From Rhina ancylostomus (taxonomy: Eukaryota), in NCBI GenBank assembly GCA_030265395.1, contig JARFYF010000059.1:16247206-16311205 (forward strand): 64,000 nt of DNA. The letters are read 5' to 3'. Shown here piece by piece: positions 26,954 through 40,502 of the stretch. The translations under genes and the position numbers were made by a program. The notes under the pieces were generated by a model. That model had not been told where the DNA came from. It was given only the letters and a program-made list of their open reading frames with translations, and did no database searches. Each line of letters starts with the position of its first letter. The first letter of the stretch is position 1.

Positions 26954-27692
26954 CTTGGGCAAAACAAAAACATTCATTGGTGAAGTCAGGTACTAAAGCT
27001 GCTCACTGATCAACTGCCAAGTTGAAAATAATCATGCATTATTCTCTATTTCCTTCAAATGTCATCAAGTAATTCTCTACCTTTTATAATATTTAGGTAG
27101 GTTAACAACACTAAAACATTAACTGATACAATAAGCTAATGCTATGGGCACCAATGGCAGATGCTATCTCCGTCCCAGTACCTCATAGATGGAAGTTCGG
27201 TGCCCAGTTTGCAGAGGTAAAAGCTAAGGCAGCAGAGCATGATCCATAACTGAATCTAAACCCTCATGTTTCAGGATTAATGCTCAGCCACTATCTAGAA
27301 ACTTCCTTGAAAAATGCCTGGCCATTTGGCAAGGACTGGATTTTGCACCCTTGTTGTGTGGCCACTGCTAATTCTTTGCTACAATTAAGATGTGAAACAT
27401 TTTGTTACAGATATGGGGAACCTGGCAATAAGCAGCACAAGAACAAAATGAAAACAATTGTGAAAATATATCTATAAAAAATTTTATGTATCCTGTGATA
27501 CGGTATGAACTAGGACTCTGGTTTCTCACAACAATTCTCCAATTTTTGTGTCTTTCTCTTCTAGCCTAACATTTTGATCTTCAACACATCCATTTTCCCA
27601 ACATTCAACTATTCACTAAAAGAAATTCTTTTTGATATGTAATACACAGCATCTTCACACCACATGCCACTGAAGGATGCATTTGTCACTAC

Positions 27693-27875
27693 CTTGATCC
27701 ACGTTGCATAGGAGCTGATACAAAGGCGTGATGACCATCGAAGCGTATGCAGGATGTCACATTCACTCAGCTCTGTTGAGCTCATCGCCACTTGATTAAT
27801 GTAGGCTTTTGATGGAGGCATGATTCCCAGGATCCTCCACAAAATCAAGAAGTAATACTGAATGGAGCATGCCTC
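27693..27875 (-). CDS. UBR4: UBR4 exon 23
   Basis: EACSIQYYFLILWRILGIMPPSKAYINQ...RWSSRLCISSYATWIK; tag / gtagtg. Confidence 0.95.
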
Positions 27876-28958
27876 CTAGAAGGAAAAGTCAGCAAGAGAA
27901 CAAAGCTACAACAAAAAAAACTGGTAAAGACTTGCAATATAAAACATAGGCCAACCCAAAAACATAACTGGTTATTTCTGTATCATTAAATAAACACCCA
28001 TTTTCCAACACATCATACATGAATCAATAAAGTAGCAGAGTAACTTCATTTTGTAGGTTAGCTTATATCTCAGGAGCATGGTGTGTATCAATCAAACCAA
28101 TGATAAATATTAATCTATTAAAAATCCATCTTGTATTCTCGACTGAAAGTGATCCATGGTCACATTATGAAATATTTCGCCAGTTGGTGATGCAGATATA
28201 ACCTTGTCTAAGGGTCAGCAAAACCTAAAAATAAATTTACCACCTGCACCGATTCTTTTAAATATAATAGGCAAAATGCAGAAAATCTACACAATCTGAA
28301 AATTATTGGATTTTTAAAAATAAATATGATTCATCAAAGATTGAAATGAAATGACCTCATTTCTAGGTGCAGTGAAATGAGGTACTTGGAAAGTTGTCAA
28401 TCCAAACCACGGATTCAATTTAACTCTAATTTTAAAGAGTGAAGAAACAAGCAGCAGAACAGAACGTGTTAATTAAAGAAACAAATCTTCCCATCTAAAA
28501 CAGGAGATGTGCTTGGCTTACATGTGTGTGTGTGTGTGCAGCTGTAGGGAGTGGGGGGGGGGGGGGGGGGTTAGGGAAACACCTTATTTGCCCCACACCC
28601 AGGCCAGGCAAAAATGACACATCCAAATATTCCATGTTGGTCCAAATTCACAGCTCAGCCCAACTAGGTTAAATAGTGACTTCTATAATAACCAGAAGCA
28701 TAACTTTCAGCCATTCAGTAAATTAGAAAAGCTTCTTTTCACATGTTTTATACAGACTCAGACTGTCCAACCAAAAGCATTGGTGGAATCAGGTTTTTAA
28801 AAATAGCTAAGTATTTGACAAAGAAATATTTACATAGGCAAAGGAAGAGGGAGGGAGAGAATAAAATGAATAGCTTTTCAGACAATCAAGCACAAACAGA
28901 ATAGATCCAATTGCCTCTCCCAAGAGTCTGTGACTAAACATATGCCCTTTTAAATTAC

Positions 28959-29087
28959 CACAGGTGTTGCATTCTTGTGCTCTTCACGCCTGAGTGCATC
29001 AAACTGCGAGCCAGCTGACAATAACAAGATCAGTGATGCATACAGGTCACCATACTTTAAAGCACCACTAAAGAGGACATCAAAGAC
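28959..29087 (-). CDS. UBR4: UBR4 exon 22
   Basis: VFDVLFSGALKYGDLYASLILLLSAGSQFDALRREEHKNATPV; cag / gtaatt. Confidence 0.92.
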
Positions 29088-29283
29088 CTGAGGAATAAAT
29101 AGGGAAATAAAAGTGGAAAAAATACATCAATACGCATTGTACCAAACAGATAAAAACTTTAAGAAAAAAGTTCACTACCAATTAAGATATTAGTGTTTTG
29201 TGCACTACTACCATACAAGTATACCACAACATTTTATAATTTTGATTTTCATTTTGATTCAGATCTATCTCCATGACTCTCAC

Positions 29284-29363
29284 CATCTCATCTAGTCTGC
29301 TCCTGTCATCAGTGGAAGTCTCATGAGAAAGTATGTTGTAGAATTTAGGCAGAAGTGCAGATT
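29284..29363 (-). CDS. UBR4: UBR4 exon 21
   Basis: SALLPKFYNILSHETSTDDRSRLDEM (human PRFYCVLSPEASEDDLNRLD); cag / gtgaga. Confidence 0.9.
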
Positions 29364-29714
29364 CTGGAAAAGAAACAGTTGGAATTCAGAAATAAAATCT
29401 AATCAAAAGGTTACAGTTAACTCTTAATTCATTCCTATTCAGTGTATTACTTTAAAACTGCTCATATACATTAGTAACACAGGAAAATAACCTTGTCAAC
29501 CCTCTGAAATATATTGTTCTCGTCCAAAGGCTACAAGACTCAGCCTTTTTATTGACTAATTCTGGCCACCAGCCATTCCTTGTATCCACACTTTCATATC
29601 TATAACTGTCACATTGTCTTGGCCTTGCCACATGCAGTGTAGACTGAATTATTGGCCAACAAGTTACAACTATTTTGAACTTTGGGCAATCAACAAATGC
29701 CCTCACTTTTGAGT

Positions 29715-31230
29715 TATTATGGAAGGAAGGTCACTGAAGCAGCTGAAGGTGGTCAGGTCGAAGACACTGCCCTGAGAAACTCCTGCAGTGAGGTCCTGGG
29801 ATTAAGATGACTGACTTCCAACAACCACAAATATTTTCTAGCTACTGGAATGTTCACACCTTGATTACCATTGACTTTAGTTTTACCAGGGCTCCTTGCA
29901 GCCACAATCAGTCAAATGATGCCTTAATATCAGGGGCACTCACTCCCACTTCTCTGGAATTTAGCTCTTTGGACCACAGCAAGACTATAATGAAGCCTGG
30001 GGTTAAGTGGTCCTAGCCAAAATCAGAACTGGGCAACAGCGAGCTGTTTATTGGATAATACGTGCCACATGTTAGCACCATTGAGGACACATTCAGCACT
30101 CTGCTGGTGATTGAGAACAATGGGTAGAAATAAGCTGGGTTGGTATTTGTCCTGATTTTTTTGTGAACAGGGCATATCTGGGCAATTTTCTGGATCAATG
30201 CTCAATACAAGAGGGCATGACTTTAAGGTAATGGGTGTGAAGTTCAAGGGAGATATCAGAGGGAGGTTTTTCACCCAGAGAGTGGTTGATGCGTGGAATG
30301 CGCTGCCAGGAGTGGTAATGGATGCTGATATGTTGGTTAAGTTCAAGAGATTGNNNNNNNNNNNNNNNNNNNNNNNNNNNNNNNNNNNNNNNNNNNNNNN
30401 NNNNNNNNNNNNNNNNNNNNNNNNNNNNNNNNNNNNNNNNNNNNNNNNNNNNNAAGCATATGGAGGAATTTAAAATAGAGGGATATGTGGGAGGAAGGGG
30501 TTAGATAGTCTTAGGCGTAGTTTAAAGGTCAGCATAACATGGTGGGCCAAAGGTCCTGTATTGTTCTATGGTTATAACTGTACAGGAACAGGGTCAGTTG
30601 AAGTGCAAGTCTTCAGAACTACAATCGAGAGGTTGCCTGGTCCTTTTGCCTTTACTGTAGCTCGTACTCTCAGCCATTTATTAATATCATGCAGAGTGAA
30701 TTAAATAGGATTGTGATGGAGGGAAGCTCGGGATAATACACAAGTGGATCACCCACTCAGCACTTCTGGCTTGAACATGTTTTCCCTGCCCACATTTGAG
30801 TAGATGCTATGAGCTTCATGGGATCTAGATTCAATATTCAGTACTCCCAGGGTTAATCCTTCCGGTATATATACCACTGCACCGCCGCCCTGACAATGCA
30901 AGATGTGGTACCCAGGATTGTGATGGAATAGTCTGGCATTTTGTCTATAAAGTAAGATAGATTCTGGAAGTACAATCATAACAAGCAGTTACTTGAGTAG
31001 TAAGCAGGATATTCTCCCAATTCAGATACCAGACCCAAGATGTCTGCAAGGATTTTGTACGATTGATTGGACTAAAAATGTCTTTAGTATGTCAGAATTC
31101 AGTGCCTAGTTTGTTGCCCAGTTTTATTTTTCTTCTTTTAACAGGCCATGGTACAACTTCTCTCTTTTCTAGGCCTATCAGAGGATATTTGAGAGTCATT
31201 TGCATTCCTGCAGGTCAGGATTCCTATGTT
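29715..31230 (-). mobile_element. Old LINE (RT region) carrying a nested younger CR1
   Basis: rc of acactgccctgagaaactcctgcag encodes AGVSQGSV (GVPQGSV motif); CPVHKK..NPAYF in ORF 30013-30198. Confidence 0.65.
30198..30572 (+). mobile_element. Young CR1 3' fragment
   Basis: TRGHDFKVMGVKFKGDIRGRFFTQRVVDAWNALPGVV, the CR1 ORF2 C-terminus, plus 3' UTR. Confidence 0.9.
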
Positions 31231-31453
31231 GGCGAGACTGAGTGAGGACAATAGAATGAGTGTTTACGACAATCCCGCAGTTTTGTGGTCATCACTATCT
31301 AAGACTAAACTGCTGCTACATAAGCTCCAGATTAATGCTAATTTAAAATGTTTTTTCTTACACAAGATGACCAATATGCAAAGCTACCTTATCAGCATTC
31401 AACTTTTAACTTCCTATACCTGTCCCCCTATATTCAGTCTATCTTTGTCATAC

Positions 31454-31598
31454 CTGTCCCACTGTGTTTCGCCCAGTTTTCTTCAACCTCTTTAAATCCA
31501 TGGTAAAATGGCACTTGAATGCGCCGGCCAGATTCCTGGGTACCACTGGCACTGGTACCAGCAGTGCATGCTGGTGGAGTTAGTAGATTGTACTGAAT
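31454..31598 (-). CDS. UBR4: UBR4 exon 20
   Basis: IQYNLLTPPACTAGTSASGTQESGRRIQVPFYHGFKEVEENWAKHSGT; tag / gtatga. Confidence 0.92.
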
Positions 31599-33549
31599 CT
31601 ATAAAACAAAAGCTCACAATCTTAGCCACAAGCTTATTCTAATATTTGCTACCCCATCTACATTCTATTACATTTACGCATCCATATCATTTACGCTCAT
31701 TTTCTTTTAAAAAAGCAGAGGAAGAAAAAACAACTGTCTACTTCCATGTAACCAAGGCAATAAATTATCTAAATGAGACTTTATAATAGGCAAACAAAGC
31801 AGCAGGTTTGGATCAGAAGTGACAAGGGATCAAGCTGAAATAAAAAGCAATGACTGAGTGAACATCATAAAAAGGCTGAATGTGAAAAAAAACGGAAGCA
31901 AAGAAATCCAATATACAAGCTTTTGCAGGATAGATGGAAGAAAAAACAGAAACTTATCAAAATACTGAAACAGAAACAAAGCAAAAATCAGACTTGGAGA
32001 ATTAGGACTAAATCAAGATAAAACTATGGAGACAGGTTTGGATTGAGAGAATGAAAATCTTCATTAAACAGACTGAGAAATGAGTAGAAAAACTTTATTT
32101 GTTTGAACTGCTTAATCATTTTTTCCACCAATTCAGCAAAATAATCAAGTTACCACTGCTGGAAAAGACATGGTAAATGGACAAAGACAAGGTTTGCCTG
32201 CAGTTACTATGCAGCAGAACAACTTTTGGGCATTTACAGCCAGAACAGATGTAGAACATCATGATGGGCTAAGTACTGGGAAGTAATACAGGTTTTCAGT
32301 GCCATAGATAGAGTCATAGATTTTAGCTCTGGCGTTCATTTTCGTGAGGTTTATAAATTTTCATTCTGTAGCACTTTTTGTTCTGGAGTGTAACCAATTA
32401 ATTCTGACAGGAATGTAATAATTGCCCAAAAACTTTCATCACAGCATTGGCAGATGTGGCTAAATCAGTCCCTTTTCATTTTTTTCCTTTAACCACAGTT
32501 ATGGGATTACCATTGCAACTCGAATATGAACTAAAAAAAATGATAAGATAAAAGGTAGGAAGAGTTTAAAAACATGCTTTTGTTTTAAATGGCAAAATAT
32601 TGAATATAAAGTTCCATGCTTCTACTCAGCATGGATGCCAGACAGACATCAAGATGCATTAAAAAATTGAGACGAGACCCAAATGGATAATGCCAGTAGC
32701 CCAGGTGTTAAATATACCCAGATTATAGTTGTGAAGTTCCTGGATATTATTTTTAATACGTATACAGCAAAACTCATTTAACCTATATATTTCATTCAAC
32801 AGAATGCAAAGGCTCAGATTTTGGGGTCAGTGACACTATAGTGACACCAATGCACTGTTCTTGAGATTAGCCACAAGGACCAGGTGACACAAATTACAAC
32901 TTTCTTCACATTGGTTTCTATTAGGCTTCAACTCTCAGGGATCTCTATCTTCTGTCAACAATGAAGTCACCAAGGTGACTCAGAAGCTAATCACAATAAT
33001 AAGGTTGTATAATAACAAACCATATAGTACTTAACTGACGTTTACACATAGTGCAATAAAGGTTATGACATGCACAAGATTAGAGAAGTTGAAATTTAAT
33101 ATATTTTAGAGAGTGAAATATTGAAATAATTATGAGAATTCAACCTTGGCATATATAATTTTTTGTTTAGGGCCAGTAAGGTTGCTGAACAGTAATTATG
33201 ATTTTGTACACCATTAAAAAAGATATCTACTCCTCATGCTACTATGGGTTTCATTTTCAACATGGATCATAAATGCCTAAGCTTGCATTGATTCACTATT
33301 TTCTGAAAATTATATTACTGATGGCAACACAATCTATAGAAGAGCAGGAAATCATTGACAGGACCTCATGCTTAACTGCACATGACCTTCATTCAGAAGT
33401 TGCTCCCTGATTTGCTCACTGTGCTAACAGCTTCAGTGCTACTCTCTGCCAACTTCAGGCCATTATGGCGAAAATCCAGGTTGTAGTTACATCTTTATAC
33501 ATTTATTCACCAACATAAATTTTCAGCAACTTGCTCAATTGGTCCTTAC

Positions 33550-33832
33550 CTGTTCAAATAGGTAAATTGGCACTTTTGAATACTGTTGAAGGACATATTC
33601 AAAAACCAGCAGCAATCTGGCAAGTGTCAGTGGCACACATCGAACCTGAGTCTCTGCCTTCGATGCCACTTCAACAATCACTTGTGCACACATTGTGACC
33701 ACCATGCGGCGGCCATTCTCTGAGAAGTTATGGAAAATTAGCAGCAGAAGTTGAAGATGTTCAACATTTAGGTCTTCTGAGTCAGTTGGTACTACTCCCT
33801 GGAATATGTTCTGCTTCAATGTCCCAATAAAT
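33550..33832 (-). CDS. UBR4: UBR4 exon 19
   Basis: FIGTLKQNIFQGVVPTDSEDLNVEHLQLLLLIFHNF...QYSKVPIYLFEQ; cag / gtaagg. Confidence 0.95.
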
Positions 33833-34152
33833 CTGTCATGAGAAAGAGATAATTACTCACTTACAAAATACAATGGAATATTGCAGAACAAACTAATAAT
33901 GGTAAGTATTCTGAAATTGCACAGTGAAAACAATGGGGCTTTTAATCAACTCTGCCAGTGATTCTGTATGTCAATGCACTATCACTCATTTAAAGTCTAA
34001 GTTCAATGATAATAACCATCCTTCACTAAATAAATCAGCAATGCAAGTTGCTTCAGTTCTGTATTCCACGTAGAAAAGCAGCAAAAGACAACATAGGACT
34101 GGACTAGACTAAATAACTTCTTTTCAATTACTTTTGGTTAAGAATTTCTTAC

Positions 34153-34322
34153 CTTTCCCAGATTTTCATACACTCTGGTACATCTGGCTCACCCTGTGCC
34201 CTGGCTTTGTGCTGCCAGATTAGGAGCAAGCGTGACAGCACAGAGAGGCTCTGCGAGTGGACATATAATGGCCATGGACCCTCTGAAAAAGGTGCAATCC
34301 CTAGTTGCTGCAGCAGTGTGTT
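34153..34322 (-). CDS. UBR4: UBR4 exon 18
   Basis: NTLLQQLGIAPFSEGPWPLYVHSQSLSVLSRLLLIWQHKARAQGEPDVPECMKIWE; tag / gtaaga. Confidence 0.95.
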
Positions 34323-35512
34323 CTAGGTAAAACAATATCAATTTAATACTGTTATGTTGAATGCAATTAGCACAACAGAAGAATTGTACACAATATAATC
34401 ATGTGTGCATAATGATCACTGAAGGACATGAGCTGTTCCCTGGCTGCCCCACCCTGCCCATTCCTCCAACATTGAGGGAAAAATTGGAACAAAAGGCTTC
34501 TGAGAAAGGTTGAAATATGAACAGACTATTACACCATGTTATGAGATTGAATTGTTCAAATGATTTTTTTTTTGCAAAAAAGAAAAAAAATAAACAAAAA
34601 TGATAACCAAAAGAATCTTAGTAACTGTTAAAAGATCAGGAAGAAAAATAACGGCAAACAAGTTGGGTATAATCAAAGGATGTACATATCTCCACCACAA
34701 AATACACATCATGAAAAGGGACCACCAAAATCACAGTTTATCCCTTCCTTAAAATATGTGGCTATACAACTTGCAGTTTGGAATTATGCTAATAAACACA
34801 AGATAATTTTCATTGAAGTCTGACATCCATAATTAAGGGTCTTTAGAGTTTACTCCAGCTGAAGATAAAACCAGCTTCAAAAAGAATTAATATCATGATT
34901 TCTTCGACTAGAACAAACATCTTATTAATAGAGACATCAGATAGCTGTGGAAAGCTGAAGAGATAAAGCACGAGACTTTTTCCAAAATATTCTAATGTCT
35001 GTTTTAAACTTTTAGCACACTACATTTGATTCCTCTGCCAAACAGTATCCTTGGACTACTCAAATGATTTGAAGAAGCTATTCAATAGGGTTACAGATGT
35101 TAAACACTGGGAAAGATATCAACAAATAAAACCCAAAAAGGTTGGTCACAGAACATTGAAGGTTGGGCAAGAGAAATTACCATGTTGTGCAATTCTTCTT
35201 AAAAAATGCAAGAACACAGAAAGCACAGTTCTAGGAGTAGCTCAGCTATTCACTACACCCAGATATCTTTCCATTCACACTGGCACAGACCTATCACTTT
35301 GAGCAAAAGCCCAAATGTATTTCTAACATCAATTTATGTTATTCACAAAAGACTATTTCAGATGTTAAGAAATGAATCTAAACATCAGGTGTTTTCATTC
35401 CACTTACCACATTCCATTGTGGGAACATTCACAAGCCATGAAGGTACACGTGTAAGAATAATGTCAATGGTAACTGAATCCAAGGACAGTCAGTGAACGA
35501 CTGTAGACTCAC

Positions 35513-35598
35513 CTGTAGGATTGGTGATGGAAGGTCCGAGGTAACCATTGAATGGTTAAAGTGATACAATGCAGCTGCAAACTCCTCATCTGATGATC
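35513..35598 (-). CDS. UBR4: UBR4 exon 17
   Basis: SSDEEFAAALYHFNHSMVTSDLPSPILQ; cag / gtgagt. Confidence 0.95.
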
Positions 35599-35947
35599 CT
35601 GTGCATAAAAACAAAACATAAGAAGAAAGTAATAAAATGATATCATAATACAAACAGAATTAATCCAGTCTACTTCAGTTATAGAACAGCCATTCTTCTA
35701 AGGAACAATATGAATTTTTTCTTTTACAGTGGCTGGACAGATACCTGCAGGCAAAGTCTAGGTTACGTATCTTTTCCCAATGAGTTACAATATAGACAGT
35801 CACTAGTTAAAACTTTCATTAGCTTCTTACTAGTTCAGAAGTAATGCAGTTAGAGGCTGAAAGAAGTGACTTGGGTTCAAGCAAACATCATTACTCCAAA
35901 ACTAAGCTACAGCTCGTTGGTTGCTAACACTAAAGTAGCATCCTAAC

Positions 35948-36107
35948 CTTTGGTTCCATCTTTGTCCACATCTTTGATGATGCTTGCTAGTGTCATCATA
36001 TGCTGTTCAGTCAGAGAAACACTCAGGTAATTCCGGATGAAGTTGTTCCTCGAGTTTAGCATTGAAGATGTAATGAAATTAAGGATACTTGATGCAAGAC
36101 TAAGAAA
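35948..36107 (-). CDS. UBR4: UBR4 exon 16
   Basis: FLSLASSILNFITSSMLNSRNNFIRNYLSVSLTEQHMMTLASIIKDVDKDGTK; cag / gttagg. Confidence 0.95.
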
Positions 36108-36179
36108 CTGGAAAACAATTTAAAATATACTTTAAACACGCAGCTTAACTGGAAGTCAGACAGACAATCTCATTCTCTA

Positions 36180-36337
36180 GCAAAAAGCAAACTGCTGGAG
36201 AAACTTAGTAAGTTGAGCAGCATCTGTTGGGGGGGGGGGGTGTGAGGGGGGAGGAATTGTCAACATTTCAGGTCAAGACTGTGCCTTGGTTTGTTTTTTG
36301 CTCCAGATTCCAGTATCTGTAGTCTCTTGTGTCTCCA
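36180..36337. mobile_element. Short Penelope-derived terminal-repeat remnant
   Basis: aaactgctggagaaactt...gagcagcatctgt...acatttcaggtcaagac...ctccagattccagtatctgtagtctcttgtgtctc, a layout typical of shark/ray PLE remnants. Confidence 0.6.
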
Positions 36338-36464
36338 GGCTCATTCTCTAGTACTATCCTCACTTCTATTTCCAATATCATGCAAGCCCTTGGTGAAAAT
36401 CTAAGCCTTATATTTAGTTCTAAAGAAGCAAAATTGAAAGATCACTGGACAATCTGAGAAGTAC

Positions 36465-36655
36465 CAAGTGCATGGAATGCACTGCCTGGGGCGGTGGTGG
36501 AGGCTGATACATTGGACAATTTGAAGAGATTGTTAGATAAGCATATTGAGGAATTTAAGACAGAGGGATAATGTGGAGGAAGGGGTTAGATGGTCTTAGG
36601 TGTGGTTTGAAGGGCGGCCCAACATGGTGGGCCAATGGGGCTGTATTGCTCTATG
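36465..36655 (+). mobile_element. CR1 3' fragment, same family as 30198-30572
   Basis: Direct similarity: ggaatgcactgcc...gaggaatttaa...ggaaggggttagat..tcttagg...aacatggtgggccaa. Confidence 0.85.
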
Positions 36656-36910
36656 GTACCAAGACAAGAGTTGAATTAAATTTCAATAACAATGACAGCA
36701 TGTAGCTTAGTTTTACAGACTAGACAGTGCCAAACTCAATCCAAAACTTTGAGGTAAATTAGTGTTTAAAAAGCCACTATCTCAACTTGATTAAATGAGA
36801 GAGATCCAGAACTAAAACAAAAAATATTTTGACCTCCTGATTTGTCAGAAACAGAGGTCAAAATATTACTAGCCATACATTGTACCTATTTGTTGCTGGA
36901 TATTACTCAC

Positions 36911-37098
36911 CAGCTCAGGGTCTCTGCGACTCGCTAGTATGTTACCATTCTCTCCAGTGCTCTGTTTATTTGGACTCTTCAGCCGCGGGGAACTCTCCAG
37001 GGGAGGAGGTGGGGGTGGAGGGGGTGGTGCTGACTTTTCCTTACTGGGTGAGATGGTCTCTTCAAACCACTGGCCAAGAATTGGCTCACTGTCATCAT
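36911..37098 (-). CDS. UBR4: UBR4 exon 15 (poly-proline tract)
   Basis: DDSEPILGQWFEETISPSKEKSAPPPPPPPPPLESSPRLKSP...SRRDPEL; tag / gtgagt. Confidence 0.96.
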
Positions 37099-37802
37099 CT
37101 ATAAAGTACAACACAGATGCATTGTTCACACCAAGGATAATTCAAATAACAATAGCACAATTTACAAAGAGCATAAGTATTAATGATTACAAATGCAAAA
37201 TGGAGTTATAGAATTGAAGTGTAAAAGGAAATCTTTCAACCTAACAAGCCCCTTCTGTGTCCCTGGGTTACCCAATTGGTCCTACATCCCTGCCCTTACT
37301 CCAATCCTCTGTGTATTTCAGTCCCAAAATATTTGTCCACATTCAAAACTTTTAAAACTTATTCCACATCTAGTATCTCTGAGCACCTACACATCTCAAC
37401 ACCGCATTTTTTTAAGAAAAAGTCCTTTTCTCTTTAACTTGATTTACTAAATGCCATCCACTTATCAATTCATTAATCAATAGAAATAATTCTCCAGCAA
37501 CCTGCTGATAGACCTCATTTAAGTCATTGAGAACTTTGAATGTCTACATCAGATCTCTTTGTAGCTGTTCTAATTAAAAGAGCATCAGATTTGCTATAAC
37601 TGGAATGTGCTGAAAACTAAAGGGCCCAAGCACATTCACGCTCAAAGCATATGTGGTGACGTGTGAATACAAATTCTTAACCAAAAAATTTTATTGTATA
37701 GCCTGTATCCCAGAAATCTAGAAAATGTCTGGGCTAGGTATCACGTATTAGTTATTTCAACTTGTACTAATTCTCAGAACACAACATAAATCCTGAGGCT
37801 AC

Positions 37803-37920
37803 CTTGACTACTGTCTTCTTCAGTGCTGCTAAAATCATCTTCATAGTAAGTGTTTGAATCAGTGGACGCACTGACATCACTACTCACAGAGCCTTTGCGT
37901 TGGCGTTGAAGGACGCAAGC
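37803..37920 (-). CDS. UBR4: UBR4 exon 14
   Basis: ACVLQRQRKGSVSSDVSASTDSNTYYEDDFSSTEEDSSQ; tag / gtagcc. Confidence 0.95.
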
Positions 37921-40502
37921 CTAGAGATGAAAAATGTTAGAAGATTTAATCACCACTTGTATAACCTGGTGAATCAAAGAACACACAAGTCAGGATGTGA
38001 AATTCCTACACGAAGCTGTACATNNNNNNNNNNNNNNNNNNNNNNNNNNNNNNNNNNNNNNNNNNNNNNNNNNNNNNNNNNNNNNNNNNNNNNNNNNNNN
38101 NNNNNNNNNNNNNNNNNNNNNNNNNNNNNNNNNNNNNNNNNNNNNNNNNNNNNNNNNNNNNNNNNNNNNNNNNNNCAAATTTTCATGAGTATATTCATCT
38201 TGCAAAAGGTTCAGCACAGTTTCATCAGAATTATATTGAGACTTAAATTACATTGATAAAATTAATTCTATTCTTTTGTTTGGATAGTTGAAAGGTAGCT
38301 AATCAAAGTGTTTAGAATCATAAAGAGATAATAGGATGGAAAGAGAGAAACTATTTCCCCCAGTAAACAATTTAAAACAAGGCTGTAGAACACTAAAACT
38401 GGAAATGGGCCACTACAGGGTGAAATCCTAAAGATCATTTCCCCCACACACACACCCCCACCCCCACACACAACCCCCCACCCCCACACAAGGAAAATGG
38501 AAATGCTGAATTATTTTCCCCAAGGAAATGTGGATATAGACATGTCCTAAACTTGCAGGATTGAGGGCAAAAGAGTTTTGTCACATAAGGTGATCAAAAA
38601 TGATTAAAAACAGGGAAGATGCAGATCAGTTCTGATCTAACTAACTTGCAGTCAAGGCTCACTGAGTGAAGAGTCTGTTTCAGTTTCCATAGCCTTTTGT
38701 TCTCACATAAGTCAATTTTTTGGATTAAATGCAGATTTCATTTGCCAAAATAATCAAGCAGTATGGAAAAGTTGGTAAGTGGATAGATAAAGAAATTGCA
38801 GTANNNNNNNNNNNNNNNNNGCTTCAAAAAAAGTCTCCCGAGAAACATTCAGGCATATAATGCCACTGAAGATACAACAGCAAGGAGAGAAAGTTGATCC
38901 TTAAACAAGAGCAAGAGATAAATGAGTGCAGTCAGAAAAAAGGGTTGCTGTATTGTACCTCAGCTGGGTCCATTTTGTTCTGAGTATACATTGATTGGGT
39001 TTAAGGAACAGGGTTCCAGAATGTGCTAAAAACACAAAAATAGGTGAATTCACAAAAATCTAAGAGCATTGCCAATACATGGAAAATGCCATTATGTGGA
39101 AAGGTGTGCAGAATGGGAAGGAAAACAAGGAAAGTGAAATAGAAATTCACCAAAGAATGTGGGTAAACAGTAATATCCATATACTTTGCTATAGTGAAGG
39201 CGTACAGTGGATAATACAATTAAAAAGAGAAATAGGACTTTTTAAAAATATACAGAAAAGCCAATCAATTCAGAGTGTGAAGGAAACTAAAACCATAAGC
39301 AGCTTCTCCCAATAAAAGTAAAGCAACATTTCCAAAAGAATGCAGTGGGTGGGCGATAGTTGCATATAAATTCTCTGCATTAAATCAATCTCAATCGCTC
39401 AGCCATATCATCATGAGATGAATGACTGGGGGATTACCTAACCATCTCTTCTCTGGCTGGTTATACTGTTCTCAATATATAGTCTCTTCTTAAAAATAGA
39501 GAAAGTAGCAACAATAAAATAGTAATGATAGATTGTACGCAATTATTAGGGGGACAAACACCAGCAAGTGCAGTTTTCAGTTATCCCATTAAATAAATAA
39601 CATTGAGCTCACAAAGGGCATCCAGCATTGACTCACCATTAAAAAAATAAAAATGGGAAACTATTGTTACAGTTAAAGATCTGAGATAGGTATTTCTACT
39701 GAAGAAAAAAATGGTAATAGAAACTTTCTAAGAGAACTTCAAAGATGTGAGTTTTTAAAGTTAACAGGTAAAGGCTACTTTTTTTTTCTGTATTAGTGAT
39801 GATTCAGAAGGAAACCATTTAGAAGAAACAAAGAGTTGAATCCAATGTTGCATAAAAAGACTGGGAGAAAAACAGAATTTGAAATGTTGGCACATTTACC
39901 ATCGCAAATTGTGGGAATGTAGGCTGCTGCACTTTGGTAATCAGAAGAAAGACATATTTAGACACGGGGCCAATTTCATTGCCAACATCACAACTTTGTT
40001 GAACTACTGAGAAATAAATTATTGATAATGTTGTCAGCTTTAAACTGTTGGCTTGGAGAATTATCTAGTTTGTTAGAATGAATTATGACAAAGTCAATAC
40101 ACTTTGGCAGTCAAAAACCAAACAGCACTCTTAAAACTAACAGGGAACACTGCCACTTTGCACCTAACCTCTTGACTTTGAATTAGGGAGAAAGGAACAC
40201 CAGCTGAAGCCTAACATCACTTCAATTATATGGAAAAGCATCCTGGCCAATCTTCACCAAAATACATCGAAAATTTTGATCCTGATAATCATAACTGGTG
40301 TTACATGCTATTCATTCCAGCACAGAAGCTGGGTAATATGACCTTAGATTTGTTTCAGTATTAGCAACTATTGCTTTAATACCAGTGCACATTAATTTTG
40401 TGTGGACAAATATAAATTAATGGCTCACAATCATATTGGTACAGGTTGAATCACTGACCTCACAAAAGATAGAGAATGGTGAAGACCTTCCTATATGGTT
40501 AT

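Noticed and set aside
30354-30453. 100-N gap inside a CR1 copy, suggesting a hidden insertion
   Set aside because: The paralogous copy at ~36527 reads gagattg-ttagat-aagcatat, so probably only ~6 bp are missing
32830-32841. gtgacactatag matches the end of the SP6 promoter
   Set aside because: Only 12 nt match and there is no other vector sequence; treated as chance
38441-38490. C/CA-rich tract giving G-quadruplex potential in the pre-mRNA (also ~20866-20890)
   Set aside because: Low-complexity tracts far from splice sites with no further support
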